Origin: a virus
Taxonomy: Duplodnaviria > Heunggongvirae > Uroviricota > Caudoviricetes
Direction: 5' to 3' (one strand)
Virus record (IMG/VR): IMGVR_UViG_3300021387_001477
Length of the DNA stretch: 38,208 nt
Of this stretch, positions 18,787 through 28,166 are shown one piece after another. Under the pieces are notes generated by a model. That model was not told the origin of the DNA and made no database searches. It saw only the letters and a program-made list of their open reading frames with translations. The translations under genes were made by a program, and so were the position numbers. Within the stretch, counting starts at the first letter, position 1. Every line of letters starts with the position of its first letter.

Positions 18787-20337
18787 TTAAGCAGATTTTA
18801 CCTGTTTGACCTCAGGAAGAGTGGCAGCAACGGCAGGATCCTCGTATTTAATAAACTGTATGCAAGAACGCAGCTTGATAGCCACCATCTTATAGATATT
18901 CTCTACAAGACTCTTTACTTCAGTCTTTACAGAAGGATCATACTTCTTTCCAGGATTATTGACGAGTTCCACCAAACCTCCACAAAGTTCAGAAATCATA
19001 TTCCACTCAGAAATCTTTCCAGATATAGTCTCGGCTGAAATCTGAGAAAGAACACTTTGACTTCTGTCCGAAGATATAGTTACATCTTTCATGATATTCT
19101 TCGCGGTGGTGCTGATGATCTTTCCGATCTTAGAAATAAGGTCAGGATCAATTGGTCTTTCGATGTTCTCAATCTCCTTATCTCTATTAAGTTCACCGAG
19201 TTTATTTCCGAGAGCTACAACCTCAGGAGAAGTTAACGATTTCTTACTTTCATCAGCAACAACATCCTTGAAGAATTTCTCATACACAGGAAGTTTACTA
19301 TTATCAAGTTTTGCAATATCGTTAACGATCTTCTGCATGAAATTATAGAATTCATCTCCGATTTTCGTGATCTTAATATCACCAGAACGAGAAGAAGTGT
19401 CTCTAGAAACGCCAATACCGCAGAGTCCATCAATGGAATTTCTATAATTATCGCTGGAAATACCACTCTTACCGAAACAGAGATAGTATGCAATAGTCAC
19501 ATCCCTGAGATAGCAGAGAGTTCTAAGAGTCACAAAGCCATAAAGCTTAGAGTCATCGGCGGTATCAGCATAGATTCCCTGAAGATCCGTCACACTCATG
19601 TCCACGGGTTTATCACCGGCGGTCATAAGATTTTTCGCAACGTTCTTAATGGCTCTCTCGATATGTTCACCAATAATAGCCTTCTTGCTGTCATCTACCT
19701 TGAGCTCTTGTGCATCTAGTGCTTGCATCATCTTCTGAAGCTCGTCAAAATAGTTTTTCTCTTTTCCGTCTAGAATAGCGCCCTCATATTTGTTAAGGAA
19801 TGTATCCAGATCTCCAGAATCAGGAACGATATTGAAGATACAGAAACGATTCATAACAGGAGGAAGCATATTCATCGTGGAGGATAGATTCTGAGAATAG
19901 TTACCTGCAGACACAATTAGAGTATCCTCAGGAAGAGACTCAGTCTTTACCTTTCTTTCAAAAATCAGGTGAAGAAGAGCCGCCTGAACAAACTCATTGG
20001 CCGTTGTAATTTCATCAAGGAATAACAGGGTCTTCTTACCTGCAGCCTTGTTTCTAAGAATCTCCTCAAACCATGCCGGCCTTAAGGGAACAGCACTTGT
20101 AGGATGATCAAGAGATACCTCCTTCGGTGCAACATCATAGCCCATAACTTCTTCCGCCGAGGTTGAATTTCCTCTAAGAAGAGTTACTTCATAACCACGA
20201 ACCTTAGCAAACAGGGAAACCGTAGTAGATTTACCTAAGCCAGGATTCGACATAAGAAGAACAGGAACTCTAGACATTTCTGCTACCTTAAGAGCACAGA
20301 AAATGTTTGTGTTAATGTTATTTGTTTTCTTTGCCAT
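18787..20337 (-). CDS. MoxR-like AAA+ ATPase
   Basis: SNPGLGKST Walker A, LFLDEI Walker B, SAGN sensor 1, NRF arginine finger. Confidence 0.9.
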   Translation of the reverse strand: MAKKTNNINTNIFCALKVAEMSRVPVLLMSNPGLGKSTTVSLFAKVRGYEVTLLRGNSTSAEEVMGYDVAPKEVSLDHPTSAVPLRPAWFEEILRNKAAGKKTLLFLDEITTANEFVQAALLHLIFERKVKTESLPEDTLIVSAGNYSQNLSSTMNMLPPVMNRFCIFNIVPDSGDLDTFLNKYEGAILDGKEKNYFDELQKMMQALDAQELKVDDSKKAIIGEHIERAIKNVAKNLMTAGDKPVDMSVTDLQGIYADTADDSKLYGFVTLRTLCYLRDVTIAYYLCFGKSGISSDNYRNSIDGLCGIGVSRDTSSRSGDIKITKIGDEFYNFMQKIVNDIAKLDNSKLPVYEKFFKDVVADESKKSLTSPEVVALGNKLGELNRDKEIENIERPIDPDLISKIGKIISTTAKNIMKDVTISSDRSQSVLSQISAETISGKISEWNMISELCGGLVELVNNPGKKYDPSVKTEVKSLVENIYKMVAIKLRSCIQFIKYEDPAVAATLPEVKQVKSA

Positions 20338-20368
20338 TTTGAAATTTGTTTTATTTTGAATTTTTAAT

Positions 20369-20416
20369 CAAATATAAGAATCTCAGTCCACCTGCTCCGC
20401 GTTTTTCTTATATATG
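20369..20416. promoter_or_regulatory. Divergent promoter-like pair
   Basis: TCTTATATTTG on minus (20369-20379; contains TAnnTTTG) and TCTTATATATG on plus (20406-20416). Confidence 0.6.
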
Positions 20417-21070
20417 ATGATAAAATTATATAGAATTTCAGCAGTAGAGAATGAAAATGTTATAAAAGCATTATCTAAGCTATTCTCAGAAAATTATGGA
20501 GTATACGATACCACTGGAGAGCCGACAAGGATGTCTTCTAGAGTGTGGAAACTGCGTCATTCCAACGATGATGCAATAGTTGCTGTAGAAACTGAAAATC
20601 CAAATTGGGAACATAATGATATCCTTGGCTACTGTACATTTAGAACCTACTTTGGGCCTGATCTTCAACATCAAACTGCCATAACATCTCTTTGTGTGAA
20701 AAAGCAGTATAGGAGGAATAAAATAGCTACATACATGATAGATGACATAGTAAACTTTATGTCTCCTGGAAGTTTGTTATCGGTAGCCACACGAAATCCG
20801 GTAGTTCTTGATCTTATAGCTTTGCGGCCAGATATGGAACTTATTCAACCTCCTTCAGAAGATGGGTTAGGAATAATAGACACTAACTTTAGTTATATAT
20901 ACGGTTATTATTTTAATGAAACATTCACACAGATTATGGCCAATTTTCCTGTTCACCAAGAAATAGATAGCCCCATAATGAAGGAAAAATTAGACTTCTG
21001 GAAAAATACTTTAGGAGAGCTTGAATATCCGGGAAATGAATGGATAATTATATGTAAGAAAGGGAACTAG
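20414..21070 (+). CDS. GNAT-family acetyltransferase
   Basis: ILGY, ITSLCVKKQYRRNKIAT (acetyl-CoA binding motif A). Confidence 0.8.
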   Translation: MMIKLYRISAVENENVIKALSKLFSENYGVYDTTGEPTRMSSRVWKLRHSNDDAIVAVETENPNWEHNDILGYCTFRTYFGPDLQHQTAITSLCVKKQYRRNKIATYMIDDIVNFMSPGSLLSVATRNPVVLDLIALRPDMELIQPPSEDGLGIIDTNFSYIYGYYFNETFTQIMANFPVHQEIDSPIMKEKLDFWKNTLGELEYPGNEWIIICKKGN

Positions 21071-21097
21071 TACTCCCTTTCTTTTTCTTATAAATAG
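21058..21097 (+). promoter_or_regulatory. Terminator plus imperfect promoter-like motif
   Basis: GAAAGGGA/TCCCTTTC stem (21058-21081), then TCTTATAAATAG, ATG 21101. Confidence 0.55.
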
Positions 21098-21100
21098 AAT

Positions 21101-21223
21101 ATGATTAAACTAAAATTACTTGAGATAATTCCAGAAAATATATGGAAAACTCGAGGAAGAATAAAGTGGATTTCGCCGGAGGCTGGTTTATTCTTGGCTG
21201 GGTCTTCGGTGTACTATTTATGA
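21101..21223 (+). CDS. Small hypothetical protein (40 aa)
   Basis: MIKLKLLEIIPEN...SVYYL*, follows the motif and ends 3 nt before the next ATG. Confidence 0.45.
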   Translation: MIKLKLLEIIPENIWKTRGRIKWISPEAGLFLAGSSVYYL

Positions 21224-21226
21224 TAT

Positions 21227-21988
21227 ATGGAGAAATACAAAGAGTCTGGAATCTACGGTGAAGGAGATGTATATGTTCTCAGATCACTTGATGACTGGAA
21301 TGAATACGAAAAACTTCAGAAAGAAAGAACAAATGATAATATCTTAAAGTGGTGTCCTGGTTTCTATCAAATCAAGGAATCATTTAAGAAATATATCGGT
21401 AAGACATGGAAAGATAAGGATAGCATCTCTCTATATAAAGTAGTTGCTATTGAAGATAATAATCCATTGTCAGACTGGTATTGGGTTGTTCAGAATATTG
21501 ATGATGAAAGGGACATAAAACATATCTTAGCAAATTCTTCGGAACTACGAGAAGGTATCACACTATCGCCAGAAGAAAAGGATATGCTATATAGAGAATT
21601 AGGCTCTCGTTTGGTATATCCTGATCTTAAGGTGAGATGGAATAATGAAGACTTTAACGTTCTCGGCATCGGATTTGGTAGGGTAACTCTTGTCAAACCA
21701 TTTATGTCTATGACTTCTGGATCTCCGTTGATTGAAGAGGTCAGATTATTACTCAGACCAATATCGTCAATGACAGAAGAGGAAATGGATAAATTATTTG
21801 ACATTCTTCATATTGACAAAGAAGGGAAAGACGAAGATTGGATTAAGATAAATGATGTTCTTGGAATTAAATTTTTCTTACCGTCCGGAAGATGGGTTGA
21901 AGATATGGATGAAGCTTTGAATTATTTGCGCTCAATTCATATCGACATTAATGGCATGATTGAAAAAGGATTGGCATATGAAATTTAA
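21227..21988 (+). CDS. Fusion: unknown N-domain + divergent family-A module
   Basis: C-half EEKDMLYRELGSRLVY...LLRPISSMTEEE...DINGMIEKGLA parallels 25852, 26701, 28809, 29928. Confidence 0.8.
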   Translation: MEKYKESGIYGEGDVYVLRSLDDWNEYEKLQKERTNDNILKWCPGFYQIKESFKKYIGKTWKDKDSISLYKVVAIEDNNPLSDWYWVVQNIDDERDIKHILANSSELREGITLSPEEKDMLYRELGSRLVYPDLKVRWNNEDFNVLGIGFGRVTLVKPFMSMTSGSPLIEEVRLLLRPISSMTEEEMDKLFDILHIDKEGKDEDWIKINDVLGIKFFLPSGRWVEDMDEALNYLRSIHIDINGMIEKGLAYEI

Positions 21989-22127
21989 AGTAACTTTCAT
22001 AGAGAAAACCCCCAGAGGTACAGAAACATTTGTACGAGAGTGTGATGTTCCAGATGAAGAGGAGGTTATAAAAATATATGGCCTCGAAGAAGATGACATA
22101 GTAAGTTATAGTATAAAGAAATTATGA
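21978..22127 (+). CDS. Small hypothetical protein (49 aa)
   Basis: MKFKVTFIEK...YSIKKL*, overlapped at both ends. Confidence 0.65.
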   Translation: MKFKVTFIEKTPRGTETFVRECDVPDEEEVIKIYGLEEDDIVSYSIKKL

Positions 22128-22354
22128 TGGACGATCTAGACGATATAGAACAATTACTGGAAAATTGCAAAAGACTCGACAGAGAGTTAGAAGCAATGGA
22201 ACAGGCAAAATCTTTCCTCCTTAATGAATATAAAACTAATAAGAGGTGGTTTAGAGATGAGCCTGGAAAAGTAACTACGGAAGATGTCTTAAAGGCTGCA
22301 TTTGAATTTGGTTGGGCATCGGCAAAACTATTTCACGAAAATGATCAGCATTAA
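22124..22354 (+). CDS. Hypothetical protein
   Basis: 76 aa, AAFEFGW motif. Confidence 0.65.
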   Translation: MMDDLDDIEQLLENCKRLDRELEAMEQAKSFLLNEYKTNKRWFRDEPGKVTTEDVLKAAFEFGWASAKLFHENDQH

Positions 22355-23135
22355 GTATCCATCAGTATTTACATCCGAAGAAGAAATAGACGAATTTAAG
22401 AGAGGGTGGCTAATCCCATTTCGTGGTGTCAAACTACAAGATTCTTTTATAACTCTTGGCAGTGACACTGGCAGTTTTGATCTAACCGTCTTCTCTAGTG
22501 GATCGATCGTATTAGAAATCGGAGTGTTCATGCCCGTGGCGCGGAGAGAGATGGATGGAGGAGGAAATGACTGGATTTATCACCCTACAATTAAATTTTA
22601 TAATAGATTAAATTACTTTGGTGGTGGGGAATTTTTCAGCCGCTCTAATAACACTGAAATGATATCAGATGCGATTAGTGAAGATGAGTTTGTAATAAAC
22701 GAAAAATCTCTTCTAAACTGCGTAAGAAAATCATGGGAATCACTAAAGATTTTTGATAATGATAATTCTCTTGTGGACTGTGTTGAGCCCGCTAAATATA
22801 TAAGCTGTAACTCTGCGGTAATATTAGCTTCGAAAAATATAACATTAGAGTTTTCTAAATGGATAACTCCCGATGGAAATATTAGCCTCTCCCCTAATAG
22901 AGGGAAAACCTGTCTTCCTTGTCCACTAGTTCAAACAGTAATTGAGTGGTTAAGGAAAGAGCGCAGAATTTATGTGATGATAGATCGTTCCCCTTTAACT
23001 TCAGAAGGATGGTATTATTATATTGTAGAGAATAATAATTTTGATAATTCTTATATGCAAGATATAATAGAAGGAAGAAGTTGGGAAGAGGCTGCTAGGA
23101 GTGCAGTTGAGTTTTGTTTAAAAAATTTGATTTAA
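22341..23135 (+). CDS. Hypothetical protein
   Basis: ATG 22341 preferred over TTG 22302; C-terminal IEWLR...SWEEAARSAVEFCL. Confidence 0.75.
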   Translation: MISIKYPSVFTSEEEIDEFKRGWLIPFRGVKLQDSFITLGSDTGSFDLTVFSSGSIVLEIGVFMPVARREMDGGGNDWIYHPTIKFYNRLNYFGGGEFFSRSNNTEMISDAISEDEFVINEKSLLNCVRKSWESLKIFDNDNSLVDCVEPAKYISCNSAVILASKNITLEFSKWITPDGNISLSPNRGKTCLPCPLVQTVIEWLRKERRIYVMIDRSPLTSEGWYYYIVENNNFDNSYMQDIIEGRSWEEAARSAVEFCLKNLI

Positions 23136-23136
23136 T

Positions 23137-24015
23137 ATGGATAATAGAGAAGAACAAATTAGACTAGCTGAACAATTAATTGCTACAGGAATTGATGGCG
23201 AGCTTAAAAAAGCTATAGAAAATCAATTTCCAGAGCTCAAAGAGAGTGAGGATGAGAAGATAAGAAAAGTATTGTTAAAGTACTTTAATGAACGTAATAA
23301 TTATCGGGATGAAGACGAAACTTTTAATGGTGTGCCATTCCCTTCCATTATTGCCTACCTCGAAAAGCAGAGTCCTACCGAGGATGTTATTAAAAACATA
23401 ACTAAAAATAAAGAAGCCGCGACAAAATTTCTTAAATCGGCCGGTATAATGGATGATAATGGTGAATTAGCGGAAAAGTATCGTTCAGAGCAGAAGTCAG
23501 CAGAGTGGAACTCGGAGGATGAACTTTTCCGAGATAATATCATAACCTATCTCAGTTTGAGAAAAGACAGGAATTTACCAGAGGATACAAAGTATCCCGT
23601 TCTTGATGCTTGGATTGATTGGCTCAAATCTCTCGGTCCTTGGCCCAAAGAAGAGTGGAGTGAAGAAGATGAACAGTATCTACTTGTTTGCAAGAATGCT
23701 CTTAATAAGTATCAACGGTCTGACAACTGGGATGCTAGCATCATTTCAAATTGGCTTGAAAATCGTCTTAAATCCCTCCGTCCCCTGCCTCATCAAGAGT
23801 GGAGTGAAGGCACCAAAAAGATGCTTGACGAAATATCTGATTATCTCAAATACAAAGGGCGTGAGGAAGATGCTGATTTTATTCGACATCTTCGTCCACA
23901 GCCACAATGGAAGCCAAGTGAAGAACAAATGAAGGCTTTAGAGCAGGCCATGGATAGAAATGATAAACTTGGGTATTTACTGCGAGAGTTGCATGATAAA
24001 CTTAAAAATTTATGA
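23137..24015 (+). CDS. Modular family-D protein (FPEL/EWSE/WKPSE)
   Basis: FPELKESEDEKIRK, three EW(S/N)...L(R/G)P units, WKPSEEQM tail. Confidence 0.85.
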   Translation: MDNREEQIRLAEQLIATGIDGELKKAIENQFPELKESEDEKIRKVLLKYFNERNNYRDEDETFNGVPFPSIIAYLEKQSPTEDVIKNITKNKEAATKFLKSAGIMDDNGELAEKYRSEQKSAEWNSEDELFRDNIITYLSLRKDRNLPEDTKYPVLDAWIDWLKSLGPWPKEEWSEEDEQYLLVCKNALNKYQRSDNWDASIISNWLENRLKSLRPLPHQEWSEGTKKMLDEISDYLKYKGREEDADFIRHLRPQPQWKPSEEQMKALEQAMDRNDKLGYLLRELHDKLKNL

Positions 24016-24551
24016 TAAAAATTTATAAATATAATCGCGACGACTCAGAGTATAAAAGGGTTATAAATGATCCATCCTTAAAGGGGAAGAAAAGAGACGA
24101 TGCTATTGATAGAATAATTCAGACTATTGGAAATGAAGTAACAATACGCGAATACTTTAAGGACCACTATCGCAACTCTTTTTTCAGGAACGACAGTGTA
24201 ACTTATGCCTGTTTCGGAGAACCTGAAGGCTGTATCGAAAAGTTGGCATATAGTGAGATACAATATGACAGCGGCCTCTCATATTGCAAAGCTAAAAAAA
24301 GACATCCAGAAGATCTAATCGAAGAAAGAACTTCATGGGATGAGCTTAAAGACTATGCAGATGGAATGTATTATTTTATTGACTCTTTAAAAGAAGAGAT
24401 CGCGGACGGAGAAATTCAAAAATGGAAACCGAGCGAAAAGCAAATAGGAGCACTGGGGCAGTGGCTTCAGGATAAACGATATGATGGCGATTCGAGATAC
24501 GTATATCCTATCCTTGAGTCTCTTTTTAATGATCTTCAAAAACTACTCTAG
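24012..24551 (+). CDS. Hypothetical protein with family-D WKPSE tail
   Basis: KWKPSEKQIGAL...LESLFNDLQKL. Confidence 0.8.
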   Translation: MIKIYKYNRDDSEYKRVINDPSLKGKKRDDAIDRIIQTIGNEVTIREYFKDHYRNSFFRNDSVTYACFGEPEGCIEKLAYSEIQYDSGLSYCKAKKRHPEDLIEERTSWDELKDYADGMYYFIDSLKEEIADGEIQKWKPSEKQIGALGQWLQDKRYDGDSRYVYPILESLFNDLQKLL

Positions 24552-24554
24552 CTT

Positions 24555-24920
24555 ATGAAATATATCGATGCAGACGAACTTAAGAACAAAGTAAATGAGC
24601 TTCGACAAGATTGGTTAGGCAGTTCAACAGGACTTGAGGTTGCTGAAGAAGGAGCAGAACTTGGTGCAGTAGAATCTATTTTAAATTCTATAGACGACAT
24701 TATTGATTCTCTCCAGCAGGAACAGTCAGAGCAAATAGAATGTATTTGGATACACAAGAAATATAATAGAGAATATCGAATTATATCGGATAACGCAAAA
24801 CTAAAGGATTCAGATGGTAAATGGATTGATTGCGTAATATATGCACCATTGTACGAAAATGAATTTGAAATGTTTGCTCGTGAAAAAGATTCTTTCTATA
24901 AAGAGTTTGAGAAAAAATGA
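24555..24920 (+). CDS. Family-C protein (MKYI...IDSLQQEQSE) + DUF1653-like domain
   Basis: C-part HKK...Y.I...VIYAPLY...FARE..F. Confidence 0.75.
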   Translation: MKYIDADELKNKVNELRQDWLGSSTGLEVAEEGAELGAVESILNSIDDIIDSLQQEQSEQIECIWIHKKYNREYRIISDNAKLKDSDGKWIDCVIYAPLYENEFEMFAREKDSFYKEFEKK

Positions 24921-25081
24921 AATACATTAACGCAGAAAAACTGAAAGAACTCATAAATGAGAAACGGAAAGAACTTGCCGATGAGAATGTAAAAGTTGGC
25001 GGAGGTAAACGGGATGCTGAAATCAGTACATATTCATCAGTATTGAGACTCATTGATTCTCTCCAGCAGGAACAGTCAGAG
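24702..25081 (+). repeat. Perfect 30-bp direct repeat (24702-24731, 25052-25081)
   Basis: ATTGATTCTCTCCAGCAGGAACAGTCAGAG twice, 350 bp apart. Confidence 0.95.
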
Positions 25082-25426
25082 GTTGAGTTGGAGAAAGAAA
25101 TTTACAAATGGATAGCTGAAGGGGATATTACTGACATTAGATTTGGCGATTATGACGATTTGGACATCGAAAGAACCGCACGTCACTTCTATGAACTTGG
25201 GTTTAACGCAAGAAAACCAATGTGGCATAGTGTAGCAGAAGAAACACCAACAGATTATGGCTCAGAAGTTATCGTTGCTTGTAGAAATAAAAATAAAGAG
25301 GACGGAATATGGCTATATGATTTGATTCAGTGTTGGGAAGGCAAATGGGAACCACGAGTAAATTGGGAAACCCCTGTAAAATGGGCATATGTAGAAGATT
25401 TAGATAACGCAAAAAAGGAGGAATAG
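24917..25426 (+). CDS. Family-C protein + DUF551-like C-terminal module
   Basis: MKYINA...IDSLQQEQSE, ARHFYELG, WHSVAEETP...VKWAYVEDL. Confidence 0.75.
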   Translation: MKYINAEKLKELINEKRKELADENVKVGGGKRDAEISTYSSVLRLIDSLQQEQSEVELEKEIYKWIAEGDITDIRFGDYDDLDIERTARHFYELGFNARKPMWHSVAEETPTDYGSEVIVACRNKNKEDGIWLYDLIQCWEGKWEPRVNWETPVKWAYVEDLDNAKKEE

Positions 25427-25428
25427 AT

Positions 25429-25599
25429 ATGGATGGACTGAAAAAATGCTGTTATTGGTGTAAACATCGTAGTAAATGTATTATTCCTTCAGCAGAAAGG
25501 AAGGTTAAATTTCTAGATGGACCTACAAAGGGCAAATGCCCTTGTGATAAATTTGCTTGGAACGCTACAGCTAAATCTTATAACTATAAAAAGAAATAA
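25429..25599 (+). CDS. Small Cys-rich protein (56 aa)
   Basis: MDGLKKCCYWCKHRSKC...CPCDKF...KKK*; fills the gap. Confidence 0.65.
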   Translation: MDGLKKCCYWCKHRSKCIIPSAERKVKFLDGPTKGKCPCDKFAWNATAKSYNYKKK

Positions 25600-25600
25600 T

Positions 25601-25855
25601 ATGAAAGCGCCAGATAAGATTTATATACCATTATATCCAAATCATAGTCTTGATGGAGTTCGTCTTGGAGATGATTATATGTATGAACCGCATAAAGAGT
25701 GTGATAATGTTGAGTATATCCGCAAGGACGCTCTGCTGGAGTGGGTGAAGGCATGCTATAAGGCAACTGAAAACGATAATCTATTAAGCGATATTTTCAA
25801 GCAGGGAGCCTTGTATGAATTGCACAGAGTAATTTTAAAAATCGAATCACTATGA
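25601..25855 (+). CDS. Hypothetical protein (MKAPDKIY...EYIRKDALLEW)
   Basis: ATG 25601 preferred over 25517. Confidence 0.75.
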   Translation: MKAPDKIYIPLYPNHSLDGVRLGDDYMYEPHKECDNVEYIRKDALLEWVKACYKATENDNLLSDIFKQGALYELHRVILKIESL

Positions 25856-26250
25856 CTAACGAAGAAAAACAACTGCTACTTAAAGATCTTTGTGCAAGGT
25901 TACCTTATGTTACATATTATGATTTGTCATATTATGGACATAAAACACGAGCCGTTTTACAAGAGTTTATTGCAACAAAAGAGTCATTAAAAAGTCTTGT
26001 AAAAGTTAACACCATCGTTGAACCAATTCCTTATGAGAATATCAAACCTTATCTCCGTCCTCTTTCGAGTATGACGGAGGAGGAAAAGACTTTAATGGCT
26101 GCCATCTGTCTAAAAAATGCTATCGGAAATGTAGAGGTGGCGGTGTCTGAGCTCTCTGATTTTTACAACAGCAGACATTTTGATTATCGTGGCCTAATTC
26201 CGATGGGCCTTGCGCTTGAAGCGCCCAAAGATATGTACAAAACTGAATAG
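25852..26250 (+). CDS. Family-A protein
   Basis: LLKDLCARLPY / KPYLRPLSSMTEEE / FDYRGLI..GLALEAP..MY. Confidence 0.85.
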   Translation: MTNEEKQLLLKDLCARLPYVTYYDLSYYGHKTRAVLQEFIATKESLKSLVKVNTIVEPIPYENIKPYLRPLSSMTEEEKTLMAAICLKNAIGNVEVAVSELSDFYNSRHFDYRGLIPMGLALEAPKDMYKTE

Positions 26251-26252
26251 AT

Positions 26253-26687
26253 ATGACACAAGAAGAATTAAAACAGATGCTAAATCTAATCGTTAGCAAG
26301 TGTGATAATCTTATAAATAATAATCTTTACACGGCTGATGATTTTACACAATGCAATGTTGAGGATATTGCTGAAATGTGTAACATGGCTTTAGATGGCA
26401 AATTTGGAGAATTGCCGTCCCTTCCCTCCGATCTTGATGAGGCTGCATTTGATTATGCGGAATTATGCAAATACGAGGGTGGGGATAAGTTACTATGTGT
26501 AGAACACTTCAAAGATGGTTCCAAGTGGATGGCTGGACAAGGAGGAACCGTTACTGATGCTCACGTTGTAGAACTAAACGAAGATAAGGGTTTACACTGG
26601 CTTCAAATACCAGGCTCCCAATTATGTGATGCTCTAAAAAATTTTAATATAGGAGACAAAGTGATCGTTCAAATAAGAAAGAAGTAA
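26253..26687 (+). CDS. Family-B protein
   Basis: PSLPSDLDEAA / WMAGQG / GDKVIVQIRKK. Confidence 0.85.
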   Translation: MTQEELKQMLNLIVSKCDNLINNNLYTADDFTQCNVEDIAEMCNMALDGKFGELPSLPSDLDEAAFDYAELCKYEGGDKLLCVEHFKDGSKWMAGQGGTVTDAHVVELNEDKGLHWLQIPGSQLCDALKNFNIGDKVIVQIRKK

Positions 26688-26700
26688 CAAACCAATCGCT

Positions 26701-27147
26701 ATGACAAAAGAAGAAGAGCACCTGCTTTTAATAGAACTTTGCGAAAAGCTACCTTACGGTGTGATTGTTGATAACCCAAACCCCGCTGGTGGTGCGTGGG
26801 ATGAAGTGATAAACATAGATACCTCTTTGAAAACAGTTACACTATTATATGACGGGCGTGTTTTTAGTATTAATGATGTCAAGCCTTATCTACGCCCTCT
26901 TTCAAGCATGACAGAGGAAGAATGGAAAGATTTTTCCGTTTTTATCGGGAAAACAGAAACATATGTCCAACAAATTCGTCTGGATGCAGATTCTATGGCC
27001 AATCCTATAATTGGAGGATATCAATGTGTTTATTGGGGTCTATTTGATAAATGTATTGATTGGCTAAACAAAAATATGTTTGACTATCGTGGCTTAATCC
27101 AAAATGGCCTTGCCCTGGAAGCACAAAAAGGAATGTACAAAATTTGA
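26701..27147 (+). CDS. Family-A protein
   Basis: Same three constant blocks. Confidence 0.85.
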   Translation: MTKEEEHLLLIELCEKLPYGVIVDNPNPAGGAWDEVINIDTSLKTVTLLYDGRVFSINDVKPYLRPLSSMTEEEWKDFSVFIGKTETYVQQIRLDADSMANPIIGGYQCVYWGLFDKCIDWLNKNMFDYRGLIQNGLALEAQKGMYKI

Positions 27148-27153
27148 TATGTT

Positions 27154-27507
27154 ATGGTCAATGAAGAATCTAATAAAATAATTTGTCAGTCGTATCCAAA
27201 AATTATTGATAACCTTACTAATTATTTTGCAACTCATAATGAACATAATATGCCCGTTAATTACTTAGTTGCAGAATTCATAAACAAACATCACAGCGTA
27301 TATGAATTAGAGCAGGATCTCAATAAACTTAAAACAGAAGAAAATAGTGTATTTGGATACCATCATACAGCAACCAAGGAAAACAACAATACTGAATTAG
27401 GATATAAAAGCATTTACAAAGGTTATATTTGTTGTCCTTATTGTGGAAATACTAAAGTATCACTGACATCGCATATTTGTACTGTGTGTAGTGCTGGGTT
27501 GGCTTGA
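27154..27507 (+). CDS. Hypothetical protein with C-terminal zinc ribbon
   Basis: CPYC...CTVC. Confidence 0.7.
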   Translation: MVNEESNKIICQSYPKIIDNLTNYFATHNEHNMPVNYLVAEFINKHHSVYELEQDLNKLKTEENSVFGYHHTATKENNNTELGYKSIYKGYICCPYCGNTKVSLTSHICTVCSAGLA

Positions 27508-27554
27508 CATATTTGCCCAGAGGTAAAAGAATGAATATATAAAACTAAATAGAT

Positions 27555-28160
27555 ATGACAAAAGAAGAAAAAGAACTAATCTTCAATCGGTTGTTTGAAC
27601 TTGAAGAGAAGCATCCAGCCTTTGCTGAAAATGTGAGAGATAATGCCTACTGCGAAGCAATCGCTGATGTAAAACGCATTATTGACGGCATTAAAGAGCC
27701 TTCCCTTCCCTCCAACCTTGACGAGGCGGCAGAGAAGAACTTTGAAACTATGGAGGTTCTTGAACACGAAAACATCTTTGAAGAAACGCACCGCAAGATA
27801 TTCAAAGCCGGAGCAGAGTGGATGCAAAATAAGATGTTTTCATTAAGATTCGAAAACGAACCATTGGATTCTGCTGCCAGAAATGTGTTTAAAGAGTGGA
27901 TTCCTATGGAAATACTTACAATTGATGGAATTGATGGTGGAATACCTCTTTATAATCAGGGTGCATTGATTATGATGTTTGATGCCGGAGCAGAGTGGAT
28001 GGCGGGACAGGGAATTAAACTTCACGGAAGAATACTTCCTGGTCCTAAATGTAATCTCTATATTGAGTCAGATTGTTTTGACAGAGGATACAAAGGACTG
28101 AATTATAGCTTCAGTGATTCTAATGATGTTGATATGTTCATCCAGATTAGAAAGAAATGA
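27555..28160 (+). CDS. Family-B protein with extra internal module
   Basis: PSLPSNLDEAA, two AGAEWM units, IQIRKK. Confidence 0.85.
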   Translation: MTKEEKELIFNRLFELEEKHPAFAENVRDNAYCEAIADVKRIIDGIKEPSLPSNLDEAAEKNFETMEVLEHENIFEETHRKIFKAGAEWMQNKMFSLRFENEPLDSAARNVFKEWIPMEILTIDGIDGGIPLYNQGALIMMFDAGAEWMAGQGIKLHGRILPGPKCNLYIESDCFDRGYKGLNYSFSDSNDVDMFIQIRKK

Positions 28161-28166
28161 CACATA

